A stretch of DNA of 64,000 nt. Origin: Enterobacter phage EC-F2. Shown in pieces: positions 9,018-17,250 of this stretch. The first letter of the stretch is position 1, and each line of letters starts with the position of its first letter. The notes beneath the pieces were generated by a model. That model saw nothing but the letters and a program-made list of their open reading frames with translations, made no database searches and was not told the origin of the DNA. The stretch is taken from sequence record MN508624.2. One strand, given 5' to 3'. Made by a program: the position numbers and the translations under genes.

Positions 9018-9529
9018 CAGTGATGACTCTTTGATGTGTGTTCAAGGTTGCGGAAGATGTTTCCATGTTCCAGTTGAGTTCCGATCGGGCCGCATTCATC
9101 GGAGTACGTGAATTCATAGATAAACACGCCGTCCTGATTGCCGAACTTCGTGTTGTACTCTTCGTACAACCACATTTTGATCAGAGCGTCTTTCTCTTCT
9201 GTTTCCAGATCGTACCAGTCTCGCCCGTCATACGCAAGCGCGATTTGAGGGTTTGAACGGTAGCGGGTTTCCGCGTTTTCTTCGGTTTCCCAGTCATAGC
9301 GCTTATCGTCGTAGAACGATTCAAAGCTATTACCCAGATGACCGCCTAAGTCACGATGAACGTGACTGACCACTTCTTCCGCTGTCAACGGCGGATCGTA
9401 GTAACCACAATCAGGGACGCAATCGCCCATCATTTCGCGCAGGTTGTCGATATTAGTCGGATCTTTCGGGAACCGGACGATGAAACTACTTGATGAACTG
9501 TTGCTCACAAAACCAGAACGGATTTTCAT
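9017..9529 (-). CDS. hypothetical protein, 'MKIRSGFVSNSSSSSFI' family paralog B (170 aa)
   Basis: Same 17-residue N-terminus as 5112-5579. The acidic, W/Y-rich C-terminus carries YDWETEE and DWYDLETEE. Confidence 0.5.
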   Translation of the reverse strand: MKIRSGFVSNSSSSSFIVRFPKDPTNIDNLREMMGDCVPDCGYYDPPLTAEEVVSHVHRDLGGHLGNSFESFYDDKRYDWETEENAETRYRSNPQIALAYDGRDWYDLETEEKDALIKMWLYEEYNTKFGNQDGVFIYEFTYSDECGPIGTQLEHGNIFRNLEHTSKSHH

Positions 9530-9759
9530 TTTACATCCTCAAATTGTAAGTTTTCTTTGGTTGCGTTCGCAATGGCTTTTTCGTTGTTCAGTGTTACTAT
9601 GCGCAGACGTTCGCCAGTAAAGCCGTCGCATTCAGTGATACTCACCCAGTCAAAAGGTTTAGCCATTTCAATCGCACGTTCCAGCGATACGGTAGAACCG
9701 ACTAAATCACTAAATGTATAGTAATCTTCGCTTAAACTTTCAACAGTATAAATTTTCAT
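9526..9759 (-). CDS. hypothetical protein (77 aa)
   Basis: Its start and stop overlap the neighbouring ORFs. Confidence 0.35.
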   Translation of the reverse strand: MKIYTVESLSEDYYTFSDLVGSTVSLERAIEMAKPFDWVSITECDGFTGERLRIVTLNNEKAIANATKENLQFEDVK

Positions 9760-9998
9760 GATACTTTACCCTTTGTTTCGGATTTCAGGACGATGTTACT
9801 GTAAGGATCTTTTGCTACCAGTTCCCACAGGTCGCCAGGATGTTCCCCGCTACGGTAGACGGATGAACGGATGATTTCGTTAAACTTGCTCAGGGCTTCG
9901 TCGATGTCGTCATACCCGCGTTTGAGGGGCTTACGATTGCAACGAATGAAGAACATTTCGTTGGTATTCTCCCCGCGTTCGGCGTTTTTATTTTTCAT
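9756..9998 (-). CDS. hypothetical protein (80 aa)
   Basis: Its start and stop overlap the neighbouring ORFs. Confidence 0.35.
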   Translation of the reverse strand: MKNKNAERGENTNEMFFIRCNRKPLKRGYDDIDEALSKFNEIIRSSVYRSGEHPGDLWELVAKDPYSNIVLKSETKGKVS

Positions 9999-10267
9999 TC
10001 GAGCACCATTTTACCAATAACTTCTTCATAGGTCACAGGGTTCGGTTCATAACCGTTAGCGCCTATTGTATCGCCTACTCTGTTCCCCACCAATACAGCA
10101 ACCGCAACTTTCTTACCGTCTTTCCATGCGATGAATTCGAGATCATCGGCAACATACGGGAAGGTTTCGTGATTGTTCACTGCGTCGATACAGTCCAGAA
10201 TGGTATCGGATGCGCAGATCAGATTACCAGGCTCACAATCAACAAGACATTCAACAGTATAGATCAT
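9995..10267 (-). CDS. hypothetical protein (90 aa)
   Basis: ORF lying after a terminator hairpin. Confidence 0.35.
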   Translation of the reverse strand: MIYTVECLVDCEPGNLICASDTILDCIDAVNNHETFPYVADDLEFIAWKDGKKVAVAVLVGNRVGDTIGANGYEPNPVTYEEVIGKMVLE

Positions 10268-10283
10268 AATAACTTCCTCACGA

Positions 10284-10305
10284 AAAAAGCCCCTTTCGGG
10301 GCTTG
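10284..10305 (-). terminator. terminator hairpin AAAAAAGCCCCTTTCGGGGCTT
   Basis: GC stem with a TTCG-type loop and flanking A/T runs. Confidence 0.55.
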
Positions 10306-10310
10306 ATTAA

Positions 10311-10589
10311 TCAGTGTCCGAACACACCACGGATAGACTCTGCGAAAGCGTACAGTTCAGGGTTTTTCGCTTTCACTGTTTCGATTTGTTCCAGGATGTA
10401 ATCTGGTTTGTATTTCGCACCGAACCAGCAGTAAGAGAAAGAACGATCCCACATGAACACGTTGTAGTATTCACCGTTACGCACTTCAACCATCACGTAA
10501 CCTGGATTAGAACCCAGCGGGTAATCTTTCAGGAGATTGAATTTCGCACCAGCGCCAGTACATCCGTTAAACAGGTCATTAAAAGTCAT
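10311..10589 (-). CDS. hypothetical protein (92 aa)
   Basis: ORF only. Confidence 0.35.
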   Translation of the reverse strand: MTFNDLFNGCTGAGAKFNLLKDYPLGSNPGYVMVEVRNGEYYNVFMWDRSFSYCWFGAKYKPDYILEQIETVKAKNPELYAFAESIRGVFGH

Positions 10590-10630
10590 GGTATGTTCCT
10601 TTTCAGTTTCGTTTCAACAAGGCCAATATA

Positions 10631-10850
10631 TTACACTTCGTTAAACCATGCAAGATATTTCTTCTCTTGTCTGTTCAAAACGTCATAACAAGAGGCGACA
10701 CAAACGGTTTCCCACACAACTTCATCGTAAGCATTCACGAAGCGAATGATCAGAGTTTTGCCATTAGTCATCAAAGCCGGAGTGAACCCAAGTTCTTTAA
10801 CCGCTTTTACTTTCTTCTGGAATAACGCTTTAGTCATGTTAGCCATTTTG
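10631..10850 (-). CDS. hypothetical protein (about 73 aa, start MANMTKALF)
   Basis: A strong RBS AAGGAGGCACAAA precedes the ATG at 10850. Confidence 0.4.
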
Positions 10851-10886
10851 TGCCTCCTTTGTTTCGGTAAAGCTAAGGTATCACTA

Positions 10887-11807
10887 TCAATCAGACAGTG
10901 CAAGCACTTTTTTAATTTGTTTTGCAATTGCTTCGATCACCGGAACCGAAACAGAGTTCCCTGCCTGTTTATATGCTTGCTTCTTGCTTGTCGGGATCTG
11001 GAATGAATCTGGGAAGCCCTGCAAGCGGAAACATTCACGCGGGGTTAATCGTCGTGGGTTCTTCCCGTCCTGTAACACCAGACATTGAACACCGTCCTTG
11101 AAGTATTGGGCTGTTATCGTCCCAGTACACACAGAATCGCTTGTGACGGCCTGATAACCGAAACCCTTACCGTTTGCCTTATTTCGTTCCTTACGCTCTC
11201 TAAAGCCTTTCCATGCGTTATCTGAGAGGGTGAATGAATCATCAGCATCTTCGAGGATGTCGCCTACGCGTGTAGGTGTACGCGGGGGAACAGGAAATGA
11301 AAAGAATACATCATCCAGGAAGCAGACAATAAACACGCGTTCCCGTCTTTGGGGTAGTCCGAAATCCTTTGTGTTCAGGCGTTGATAGAATACGTTATAT
11401 CCTTCGGCCTCCAGAAGCCCGTAAATCGTTTTAAACGTCTTCCCCTTGTCATGGGTTAGCAGTTCAGGCACGTTCTCAAAGAACAACACACGGGGCTTTT
11501 TAGCGCGTATAATGCGGAGGATTTCGAAGAACACCGTACCGCGTACATCATCAAAGCCCAGTTTCAATCCGGCTTTACTGAACGCCTGACACGGGAACCC
11601 CGCGAGCAGGATATCATGATCAGGTACTTTGTTTTCATCAATGGCGAATAGATCACCCTGTAGGTTATCATCGCCCCAGTTTTCGATATATGTTTGCTGT
11701 GCGAACTTGTCGATTTCAGACGTTAAAAGGCATTCGACACCGCCGAACGCCTTATCAAATCCTAATCGAACCCCGCCCACACCAGCGCAGAGGTCAATTA
11801 TTTTCAT
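10887..11807 (-). CDS. dcm: DNA (cytosine-5)-methyltransferase
   Basis: C5-MTase motifs are in the canonical order. Motif I is DLCAGVGG, motif IV is GFPCQAFS, motif VI is ENV and the C-terminal region carries QAGNSV. Confidence 0.8.
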   Translation of the reverse strand: MKIIDLCAGVGGVRLGFDKAFGGVECLLTSEIDKFAQQTYIENWGDDNLQGDLFAIDENKVPDHDILLAGFPCQAFSKAGLKLGFDDVRGTVFFEILRIIRAKKPRVLFFENVPELLTHDKGKTFKTIYGLLEAEGYNVFYQRLNTKDFGLPQRRERVFIVCFLDDVFFSFPVPPRTPTRVGDILEDADDSFTLSDNAWKGFRERKERNKANGKGFGYQAVTSDSVCTGTITAQYFKDGVQCLVLQDGKNPRRLTPRECFRLQGFPDSFQIPTSKKQAYKQAGNSVSVPVIEAIAKQIKKVLALSD

Positions 11808-12073
11808 ACGTCAAAATCAATCTCGTCGATTTTGTATGAGTTTTCGTCAATGTCCGCCCATAGGGTTACATTAACGTGTTTGCTATCTTCGTACAACTGG
11901 CGACCATCAATCCCGCCCGTGTAATTACTTTCGGTACGTTCAGTAACTTCCAGTCGGAGGCTATCGCGCATGATCTGAACAACAGCCTGTTCCAGTGTAA
12001 CTGCGTCTGGGTTTTTGGTATCGCCCAGTACAACATCTTTAACGTTCAAAATAATATCAGTCATTAGTGCCAC
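11804..12073 (-). CDS. hypothetical protein (89 aa)
   Basis: ORF with an ATGA overlap to the dcm start. Confidence 0.35.
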   Translation of the reverse strand: MALMTDIILNVKDVVLGDTKNPDAVTLEQAVVQIMRDSLRLEVTERTESNYTGGIDGRQLYEDSKHVNVTLWADIDENSYKIDEIDFDV

Positions 12074-12306
12074 TCCGTTTTAATACCATGTCGGTATGCG
12101 TCAATCCCCAGCGGGGTAATCAGCAACCATGCTTTCGAATTATCGTGATAGCCCGTTACCCTTCGAGCGTAACCTTTTTGAATCAGGGCATCACGCCCTG
12201 ATTTGCTGGGTACGTCATCGAAATCTAAGTCTAGCACCTTAGTTGCATATCCGTAAAGTTTATACAGAACATCAATTTCAGCGCCGGACAATTTAGGATA
12301 CATCAT
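12064..12306 (-). CDS. hypothetical protein (80 aa)
   Basis: ORF only. Confidence 0.35.
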   Translation of the reverse strand: MMYPKLSGAEIDVLYKLYGYATKVLDLDFDDVPSKSGRDALIQKGYARRVTGYHDNSKAWLLITPLGIDAYRHGIKTEWH

Positions 12307-13304
12307 TTGTAATACCCCACAACATGATCGCGGTATACGCGTTCGATGAAATCGTTCCAGAATTCGCGGTCAACTTCTTTCGGATATGTTGAAATCGCTG
12401 CAAGCCGTTCGACTTCGCCCATGACTTCTTCCAGCTTTTCCTGTACGGTTGCGAACGGTACACCGCCAGCTTTAACCAGTTTCAGGAATGCGCTATCAGG
12501 CAGAGGATAAACGATATCACCATCTTTGTAAATCTGGATCAACTGCATACCACCGCGTAAAGCGTGACTTAAAGCCTTCCAGTCGATGCCGTTGTTGGCT
12601 TCTGCTTGTCGTGCGCGTTCTCCGTATTCATCCCAGAGTTTATACACAGACTTACGCATTTCATCGGCTTTGATCGTGAACTGGAATTTACGCCCCAGCA
12701 CTTCATAGAAGTCCTGACAACCAGATTTCATTGTCGTGTCGGTAACGAATCGACAGAACTCGTTTGTAGGGAAACGATCCTTGATGTCAGACACTTTCAC
12801 TTCACGCGTATAGCGTTTCATATCTGGTGTGAATTCCTGAATACCACCGATCGTTTCGGTTTCTTTCAGTACATCGACAACTTCGCGCAGTGCAGCCAGT
12901 CGGGAACCCTTCACGCCATATTTCGCGGCTTGCTTACGAACATAACCGAACAAGCCAGTTAGTTCAGTGGTGTAAAAACGCCAGCGGTTAGCGCGGATAT
13001 ACTGCCAGATTTCAGAGTTAGCGATCAGCTTGTCATCCGAAGCGTGAAGCATATCGAGCGCTACGGTATCACCATCACACGCAAGACTAATGAACTTAGT
13101 CAGACTATACAACTGACGGTCAACGTCGTCTACGGTGTTTTTAGAGCTTTTATCGCCTGTGCTGGTGTCAATAGTCTTCGGGGCTTTCCCCAGGAGAATA
13201 TCGCGCGGGTGCGGGAGAAAGATCCCTTTATAGTCTTTGTCGCTTGTCGGTGTGTTCAGTCCGTACAGGTGAGAACCGAACACGGTTTCCATTACAGTTT
13301 TCAA
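12303..13304 (-). CDS. polymerase-beta-superfamily nucleotidyltransferase (333 aa)
   Basis: The N-terminus reads FGSHLYGLNTPTSDKDYKGIF. This is the GS...10 residues...DxD signature of minimal nucleotidyltransferase-fold enzymes. Confidence 0.55.
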   Translation of the reverse strand: MKTVMETVFGSHLYGLNTPTSDKDYKGIFLPHPRDILLGKAPKTIDTSTGDKSSKNTVDDVDRQLYSLTKFISLACDGDTVALDMLHASDDKLIANSEIWQYIRANRWRFYTTELTGLFGYVRKQAAKYGVKGSRLAALREVVDVLKETETIGGIQEFTPDMKRYTREVKVSDIKDRFPTNEFCRFVTDTTMKSGCQDFYEVLGRKFQFTIKADEMRKSVYKLWDEYGERARQAEANNGIDWKALSHALRGGMQLIQIYKDGDIVYPLPDSAFLKLVKAGGVPFATVQEKLEEVMGEVERLAAISTYPKEVDREFWNDFIERVYRDHVVGYYK

Positions 13305-13699
13305 AATTCAACCCCCAGGGTTTTTGCGATACCGCGCAGTTCAGCGGTAGTGATATTTGGTACACGCGTTACATGTCCACGACCGAACGCGTCTTTGATT
13401 TTATCAGTAAGTTCGACACGGTACAAATGTTCTTTGTATTCGTCTTCGCTGTGATAACCCTGTGTATGGTTATTCCAGTCATTAGCGCTACCAGTTTTTC
13501 GATCAAGTCGCTCAACACGGAAATCTTTAATATCGGTGATATTTGGATCTTCCGACGCATACAGGTATTGACGGGCAACCTTGATCACATACAGGGTGCG
13601 CGGTCGTGGGGTATTGTGATGACTGTATCGACGAATACCAGGATCAAACAGGGTATCACCCACTTTCACATCAGTTAAATCTATCATTTCATTTTCCAA
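13301..13699 (-). CDS. hypothetical protein (132 aa)
   Basis: ORF only. Confidence 0.35.
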   Translation of the reverse strand: MENEMIDLTDVKVGDTLFDPGIRRYSHHNTPRPRTLYVIKVARQYLYASEDPNITDIKDFRVERLDRKTGSANDWNNHTQGYHSEDEYKEHLYRVELTDKIKDAFGRGHVTRVPNITTAELRGIAKTLGVEF

Positions 13700-13935
13700 C
13701 GTTTTGACTTTTCACAGTAGAACACCGGAAGACGTGCCAGAACTGGCTTCACTACGTCTTCCCCTGTGTTCGTGTTATGAACCACTTCGATCGTAAGGGA
13801 TTGCCCTTCGGACGGCCTTACAATGTCCAGTTCCAGGATCTCGCGATTACCCTTTGTATTGATTTCCGCTACGTAGTAATCGTGCCCGTTGATGTTTACG
13901 ACATCACCCATAATAACGCTAATTGTGTGAATCAT
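13684..13935 (-). CDS. hypothetical protein (83 aa)
   Basis: ORF only. Confidence 0.3.
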   Translation of the reverse strand: MIHTISVIMGDVVNINGHDYYVAEINTKGNREILELDIVRPSEGQSLTIEVVHNTNTGEDVVKPVLARLPVFYCEKSKRWKMK

Positions 13936-14489
13936 GAGTATGCAAACTTAATTTTAACATTCAGGGAATCCAGCAGGATCGCGTCACGTCCATCAATGAC
14001 GGTTAATCCCATGTATTTGTTATCGTCTGTGCTCTTACGGGAGTACATGCGACAAACCAGAGAACCATCTTGTGCGATGTATTCGACGTGGTATTCACGG
14101 CGTTCTGACGTGAAGATATCCCCAACAACAACCGGACGATCGACGGGTTGGCGTTTAGTCCCTTCGTAGGACAGTTTGCCGTTGCCGTCTGGGGTACATT
14201 CCGCACCTTTCAGCAGGATTTGTGTCACTCGAACAGATTCTACGGTTCCCGCGATCAACATTGCTGGATCAGCGGTTCCCATTTTCAGGATCAGCGTTGA
14301 ACTTGTTTTGTACCGTGATGGTTCAGTGACGAACACGTAAACCATATCGTTCTTATCACGGGCAACAGATTGCAGCGTGAATTGCATTTGACCAGGCAGT
14401 CCAGACATCGCAATGTGAACACGATTACCAGGTTCCAGCGCCATACGAGATTTTACATCAGTGATACCGCTAACAGTTGCTACTTTCAT
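13932..14489 (-). CDS. hypothetical protein (185 aa)
   Basis: ORF only. Confidence 0.4.
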   Translation of the reverse strand: MKVATVSGITDVKSRMALEPGNRVHIAMSGLPGQMQFTLQSVARDKNDMVYVFVTEPSRYKTSSTLILKMGTADPAMLIAGTVESVRVTQILLKGAECTPDGNGKLSYEGTKRQPVDRPVVVGDIFTSERREYHVEYIAQDGSLVCRMYSRKSTDDNKYMGLTVIDGRDAILLDSLNVKIKFAYS

Positions 14490-14758
14490 GATTTAATTCC
14501 TTCAAAGTCTTCATTATATTTCCAGTACACGTTAAAGTTACGACAATCGTGGTCAGAAGTCAACGTATATTTTTCTTTTGTTTTCTCGTCGGTGATCACC
14601 ATCGTTTCGTTTTCAATCGAGTCAACACCATAGACGAACACTTTATCACCGCGTTTATTCAGGAACGCTTCACCTGTTTCAATCAACTGCCAGCAGTTGA
14701 CGGGTAAACCACCCGCGCAAATCGGACGGTTTACGAGGCAGTAAGGACGTTTAATCAT
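14486..14758 (-). CDS. hypothetical protein (90 aa)
   Basis: ORF only. Confidence 0.35.
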   Translation of the reverse strand: MIKRPYCLVNRPICAGGLPVNCWQLIETGEAFLNKRGDKVFVYGVDSIENETMVITDEKTKEKYTLTSDHDCRNFNVYWKYNEDFEGIKS

Positions 14759-14949
14759 TTAAATTCTTCCATTGCATAGGAAGTAAGATCTTTGAAATAC
14801 CTTGCGGTGTTGCCTTCTGGGTTGTTTGTAATCTCCATCAGGATAACAGCACCATCAACTCCTGCTTTCTTAGCCATGAATGAAATGGCTTCGGTAGCAA
14901 TAATCGTTGCTTTCATAACATCAGCTTTAGAAACGTTGATCGTATTCAT
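14755..14949 (-). CDS. hypothetical protein (64 aa)
   Basis: First ORF downstream of PeSL #2. Its RBS is AAGGAAGAAAA. Confidence 0.35.
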   Translation of the reverse strand: MNTINVSKADVMKATIIATEAISFMAKKAGVDGAVILMEITNNPEGNTARYFKDLTSYAMEEFK

Positions 14950-14964
14950 TTTTCTTCCTTTTCA

Positions 14965-15026
14965 TTATTCATGCGGTATGTGTATATAATACAAAAGCCC
15001 TCACGCGAACGCAAGGGCTTTTTTAA
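14965..15026 (-). promoter_or_regulatory. PeSL-type cassette #2 (identical hairpin to #1)
   Basis: Read on the minus strand: AAAAAAGCCCTTGCGTTCGCGTGAGGGCTTTTGTATTATATACACATACCGCATGAA. The -35 TTGCGT, a 17-nt spacer and the -10 TATTAT are present. The hairpin also terminates the upstream NatV-like gene. Confidence 0.55.
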
Positions 15027-15033
15027 TCTTTTA

Positions 15034-16101
15034 TCAGAGTCCCGTGAAAGCCACAACGATTTGATAGTGGTCATCGAAGAATTCCCCTTGTCGTTGTACG
15101 ACCTCATGTAAGGGCATCCAGAACGCCTCTAGCGCATCGTCAGAACCGCCCATAATGCGGGGCAGACTACCATCATTGTTAGGCTCTAACTTGATGTACT
15201 GCGCCACAGTCGGTTTTGAGAAGTATACGGAACGCTTCGGATGATCGAACAGCATCGAATTACGGATTGAACCACGAATAACCTTTTCAGGAACCTTGAT
15301 CCGTACCTCTTCGAGCAGTTCACGGATCGCACAATCCAGGAACGTTTCATTTGCGTTTTTGTGTCCACCAGGAAGGGCTAACGCGTCTTTACCTGGGGCA
15401 AACTTACGGCGAATTACCAGCAGGTGATTGTTACACACAACCACACTATCACCCGTGCAGCAGTTTAGCGCTTCTGGGTATGGGTAGTTTTTGAATTTCT
15501 CCAATTCGCTTTCCCATTTCTCGTATTCGTAGTACAGTCGCCAAAATGTATCCGTCATCATCCATGAATTGATATAACTCACAGTAGACGAAGGAACATA
15601 ACGAGATAGTTTCTTATCCCATCCATTCTTATGCAAAAAGATGGTTGGTCGCAAATCGGTCGCAGATAAATCTTTCCCGTCAACCTTAACTGGATCTACC
15701 GGAACATGAGTCCATCCAAACGCTTTCAGCCAGTATGAATCAGCATCCTTTTCGTAACCATAGATCGCGATGTTGTCGCCTTTGGTTTCGTCGATTGCTG
15801 TACGAACAGAGGTTTTCCATTTTTCTTCGTTGTAAAGATAATCAGGAATATGAGCAAATTTAACACGACAAACATCTTCGTATTTGTATTCAGTCATCAG
15901 CCACGAAAAGATCATTCTTTCGCGTTCGTTCGCTGTCAGCGGGTTTAAAACGTTAGGGTAAGCATATGCTGAACCCAGAAGGATGTAAACGGTTTTTGCT
16001 TCTTCGAGTGCTTTACGCACCATTGCTGCATGACCATTATGGAAGGGTTGGAATCTGCCAATTACGACAGCTTTATCAAATTGTTTCATAACGTGCTCCA
16101 C
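15034..16101 (-). CDS. natV: bifunctional NMN adenylyltransferase / Nudix hydrolase (NatV-like)
   Basis: The N-terminus VVIGRFQPFHNGHAAM carries the (H/T)xGH nucleotidyltransferase motif of NadM-type NMNATs. The C-terminus PGGHKNANETFLDCAIRELLEEVRI is a Nudix box. The architecture is that of the phage KVP40 NatV type. Confidence 0.75.
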   Translation of the reverse strand: MEHVMKQFDKAVVIGRFQPFHNGHAAMVRKALEEAKTVYILLGSAYAYPNVLNPLTANERERMIFSWLMTEYKYEDVCRVKFAHIPDYLYNEEKWKTSVRTAIDETKGDNIAIYGYEKDADSYWLKAFGWTHVPVDPVKVDGKDLSATDLRPTIFLHKNGWDKKLSRYVPSSTVSYINSWMMTDTFWRLYYEYEKWESELEKFKNYPYPEALNCCTGDSVVVCNNHLLVIRRKFAPGKDALALPGGHKNANETFLDCAIRELLEEVRIKVPEKVIRGSIRNSMLFDHPKRSVYFSKPTVAQYIKLEPNNDGSLPRIMGGSDDALEAFWMPLHEVVQRQGEFFDDHYQIVVAFTGL

Positions 16102-16115
16102 GTTTAAAGGTTAAT

Positions 16116-16213
16116 CATAAAACAGACGCAATCACCAATACACCAAGAAAACCGCCAATAAAGCCGAAGAATAGCGAAATGAAGATAGTAAGGATGATCT
16201 GTTTTATGTTCAT
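16116..16213 (-). CDS. hydrophobic mini-protein (32 aa, single TM: MNIKQIILTIFISLFFGFIGGFLGVLVIASVL)
   Basis: Found by manual translation; it is below the track cut-off. Confidence 0.25.
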
Positions 16214-16231
16214 TGTAGTATTCTCGTTCGG

Positions 16232-16260
16232 AGAAAGCCCCCGCTCTGGGGGCTTTAAAC
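16232..16260 (-). terminator. terminator hairpin AAAGCCCCCGCTCTGGGGGCTTTAAA
   Basis: GC stem immediately 3' of the SPFH gene on the minus strand. Confidence 0.5.
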
Positions 16261-16262
16261 CC

Positions 16263-17189
16263 TTATTTACGAGAATCGAAAATCACTTTACCAGCGTAAT
16301 CAGAACCCATGACAGTTTGAGGTACACCGCCCTGATATTTTTCCGCGATGGTCTGCTGAACATCAAGTTCTTTCCAGCGGATCATTTCTGGGGTGATTGT
16401 GCGTTGCAGAATGGCGTTCGCTTCGGCTTCTTTCTTAGCCGCATACAGACGGGCATCAGCATCACGTTCGTTAGCTTGTGCAGCGTTGCTACGGGCTTCT
16501 TTGTCGGCTACTGCCTGAACAACCGCCTGTTGAGCGATTTGCTCTTTACGCGCAAGTTCTGCTTTTTCTGCATTCACCTGTTCTTCACGAATTTTCGTGT
16601 TTTCAACCTGTTTCTTGATCGCTTCCGGCAGGTCGATATCCTGCAAGAATACCTGTTTCACGGTGTAACCGTAAGGACGGGCATACTCTTCTACTTCCTG
16701 CTGAATCGCGATCTGTAGCTGGCTTTGAACTTCTGCATTATACAGATCCTGTGCTTTCGGTACAGATTTACCGAACTCACGGACAGTTGACAGAAGTTTT
16801 TCAGTCACATATTTATCCAGCGCCTGATCCTGACTACCCGCATTGATACGGTTGATCGGGGCTTTGCTACCATCGAACTGTAACATCACGGTCATATCCA
16901 CAGTGGATTTGAATTTATCCTGGGACGGAACCTGCAATTTGTCAAACTTCATTGCGATGTCTTTGGTGTTGAACACCTCGAAATCAGCCAGTGGGTTTAC
17001 CAGGTGGAAGCCAGGCAGAACAGGCTTCGGTGAAACTTTACCCATGAAGGTTTGAGTTTTTACCGTACCATCCTGAACGATAGTGTACGAGTTCGGAACC
17101 AGCCACAGTGCGGCGATTACGCCCAGAGCGATCAGAGTGGTTTTCTTTGGGTTGTTTACGATAGTGTTTAAGTTCATCATTATTTCCAT
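16263..17189 (-). CDS. SPFH/band-7 (prohibitin/HflC-like) membrane protein
   Basis: An N-terminal TM segment TLIALGVIAALWLV is followed by an SPFH-like core with TIVQDGTVKTQTF and PVLPGFHLVNPLADFEVF. A long Ala/Glu/Gln-rich coiled-coil tail follows, as in HflK/HflC. Confidence 0.55.
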   Translation of the reverse strand: MEIMMNLNTIVNNPKKTTLIALGVIAALWLVPNSYTIVQDGTVKTQTFMGKVSPKPVLPGFHLVNPLADFEVFNTKDIAMKFDKLQVPSQDKFKSTVDMTVMLQFDGSKAPINRINAGSQDQALDKYVTEKLLSTVREFGKSVPKAQDLYNAEVQSQLQIAIQQEVEEYARPYGYTVKQVFLQDIDLPEAIKKQVENTKIREEQVNAEKAELARKEQIAQQAVVQAVADKEARSNAAQANERDADARLYAAKKEAEANAILQRTITPEMIRWKELDVQQTIAEKYQGGVPQTVMGSDYAGKVIFDSRK

Positions 17190-17250
17190 TGGGTTTATGT
17201 TTCAATTCGATAGTTATTCTATCATCACTTTTTCGCTTGTCAAACTCTTT

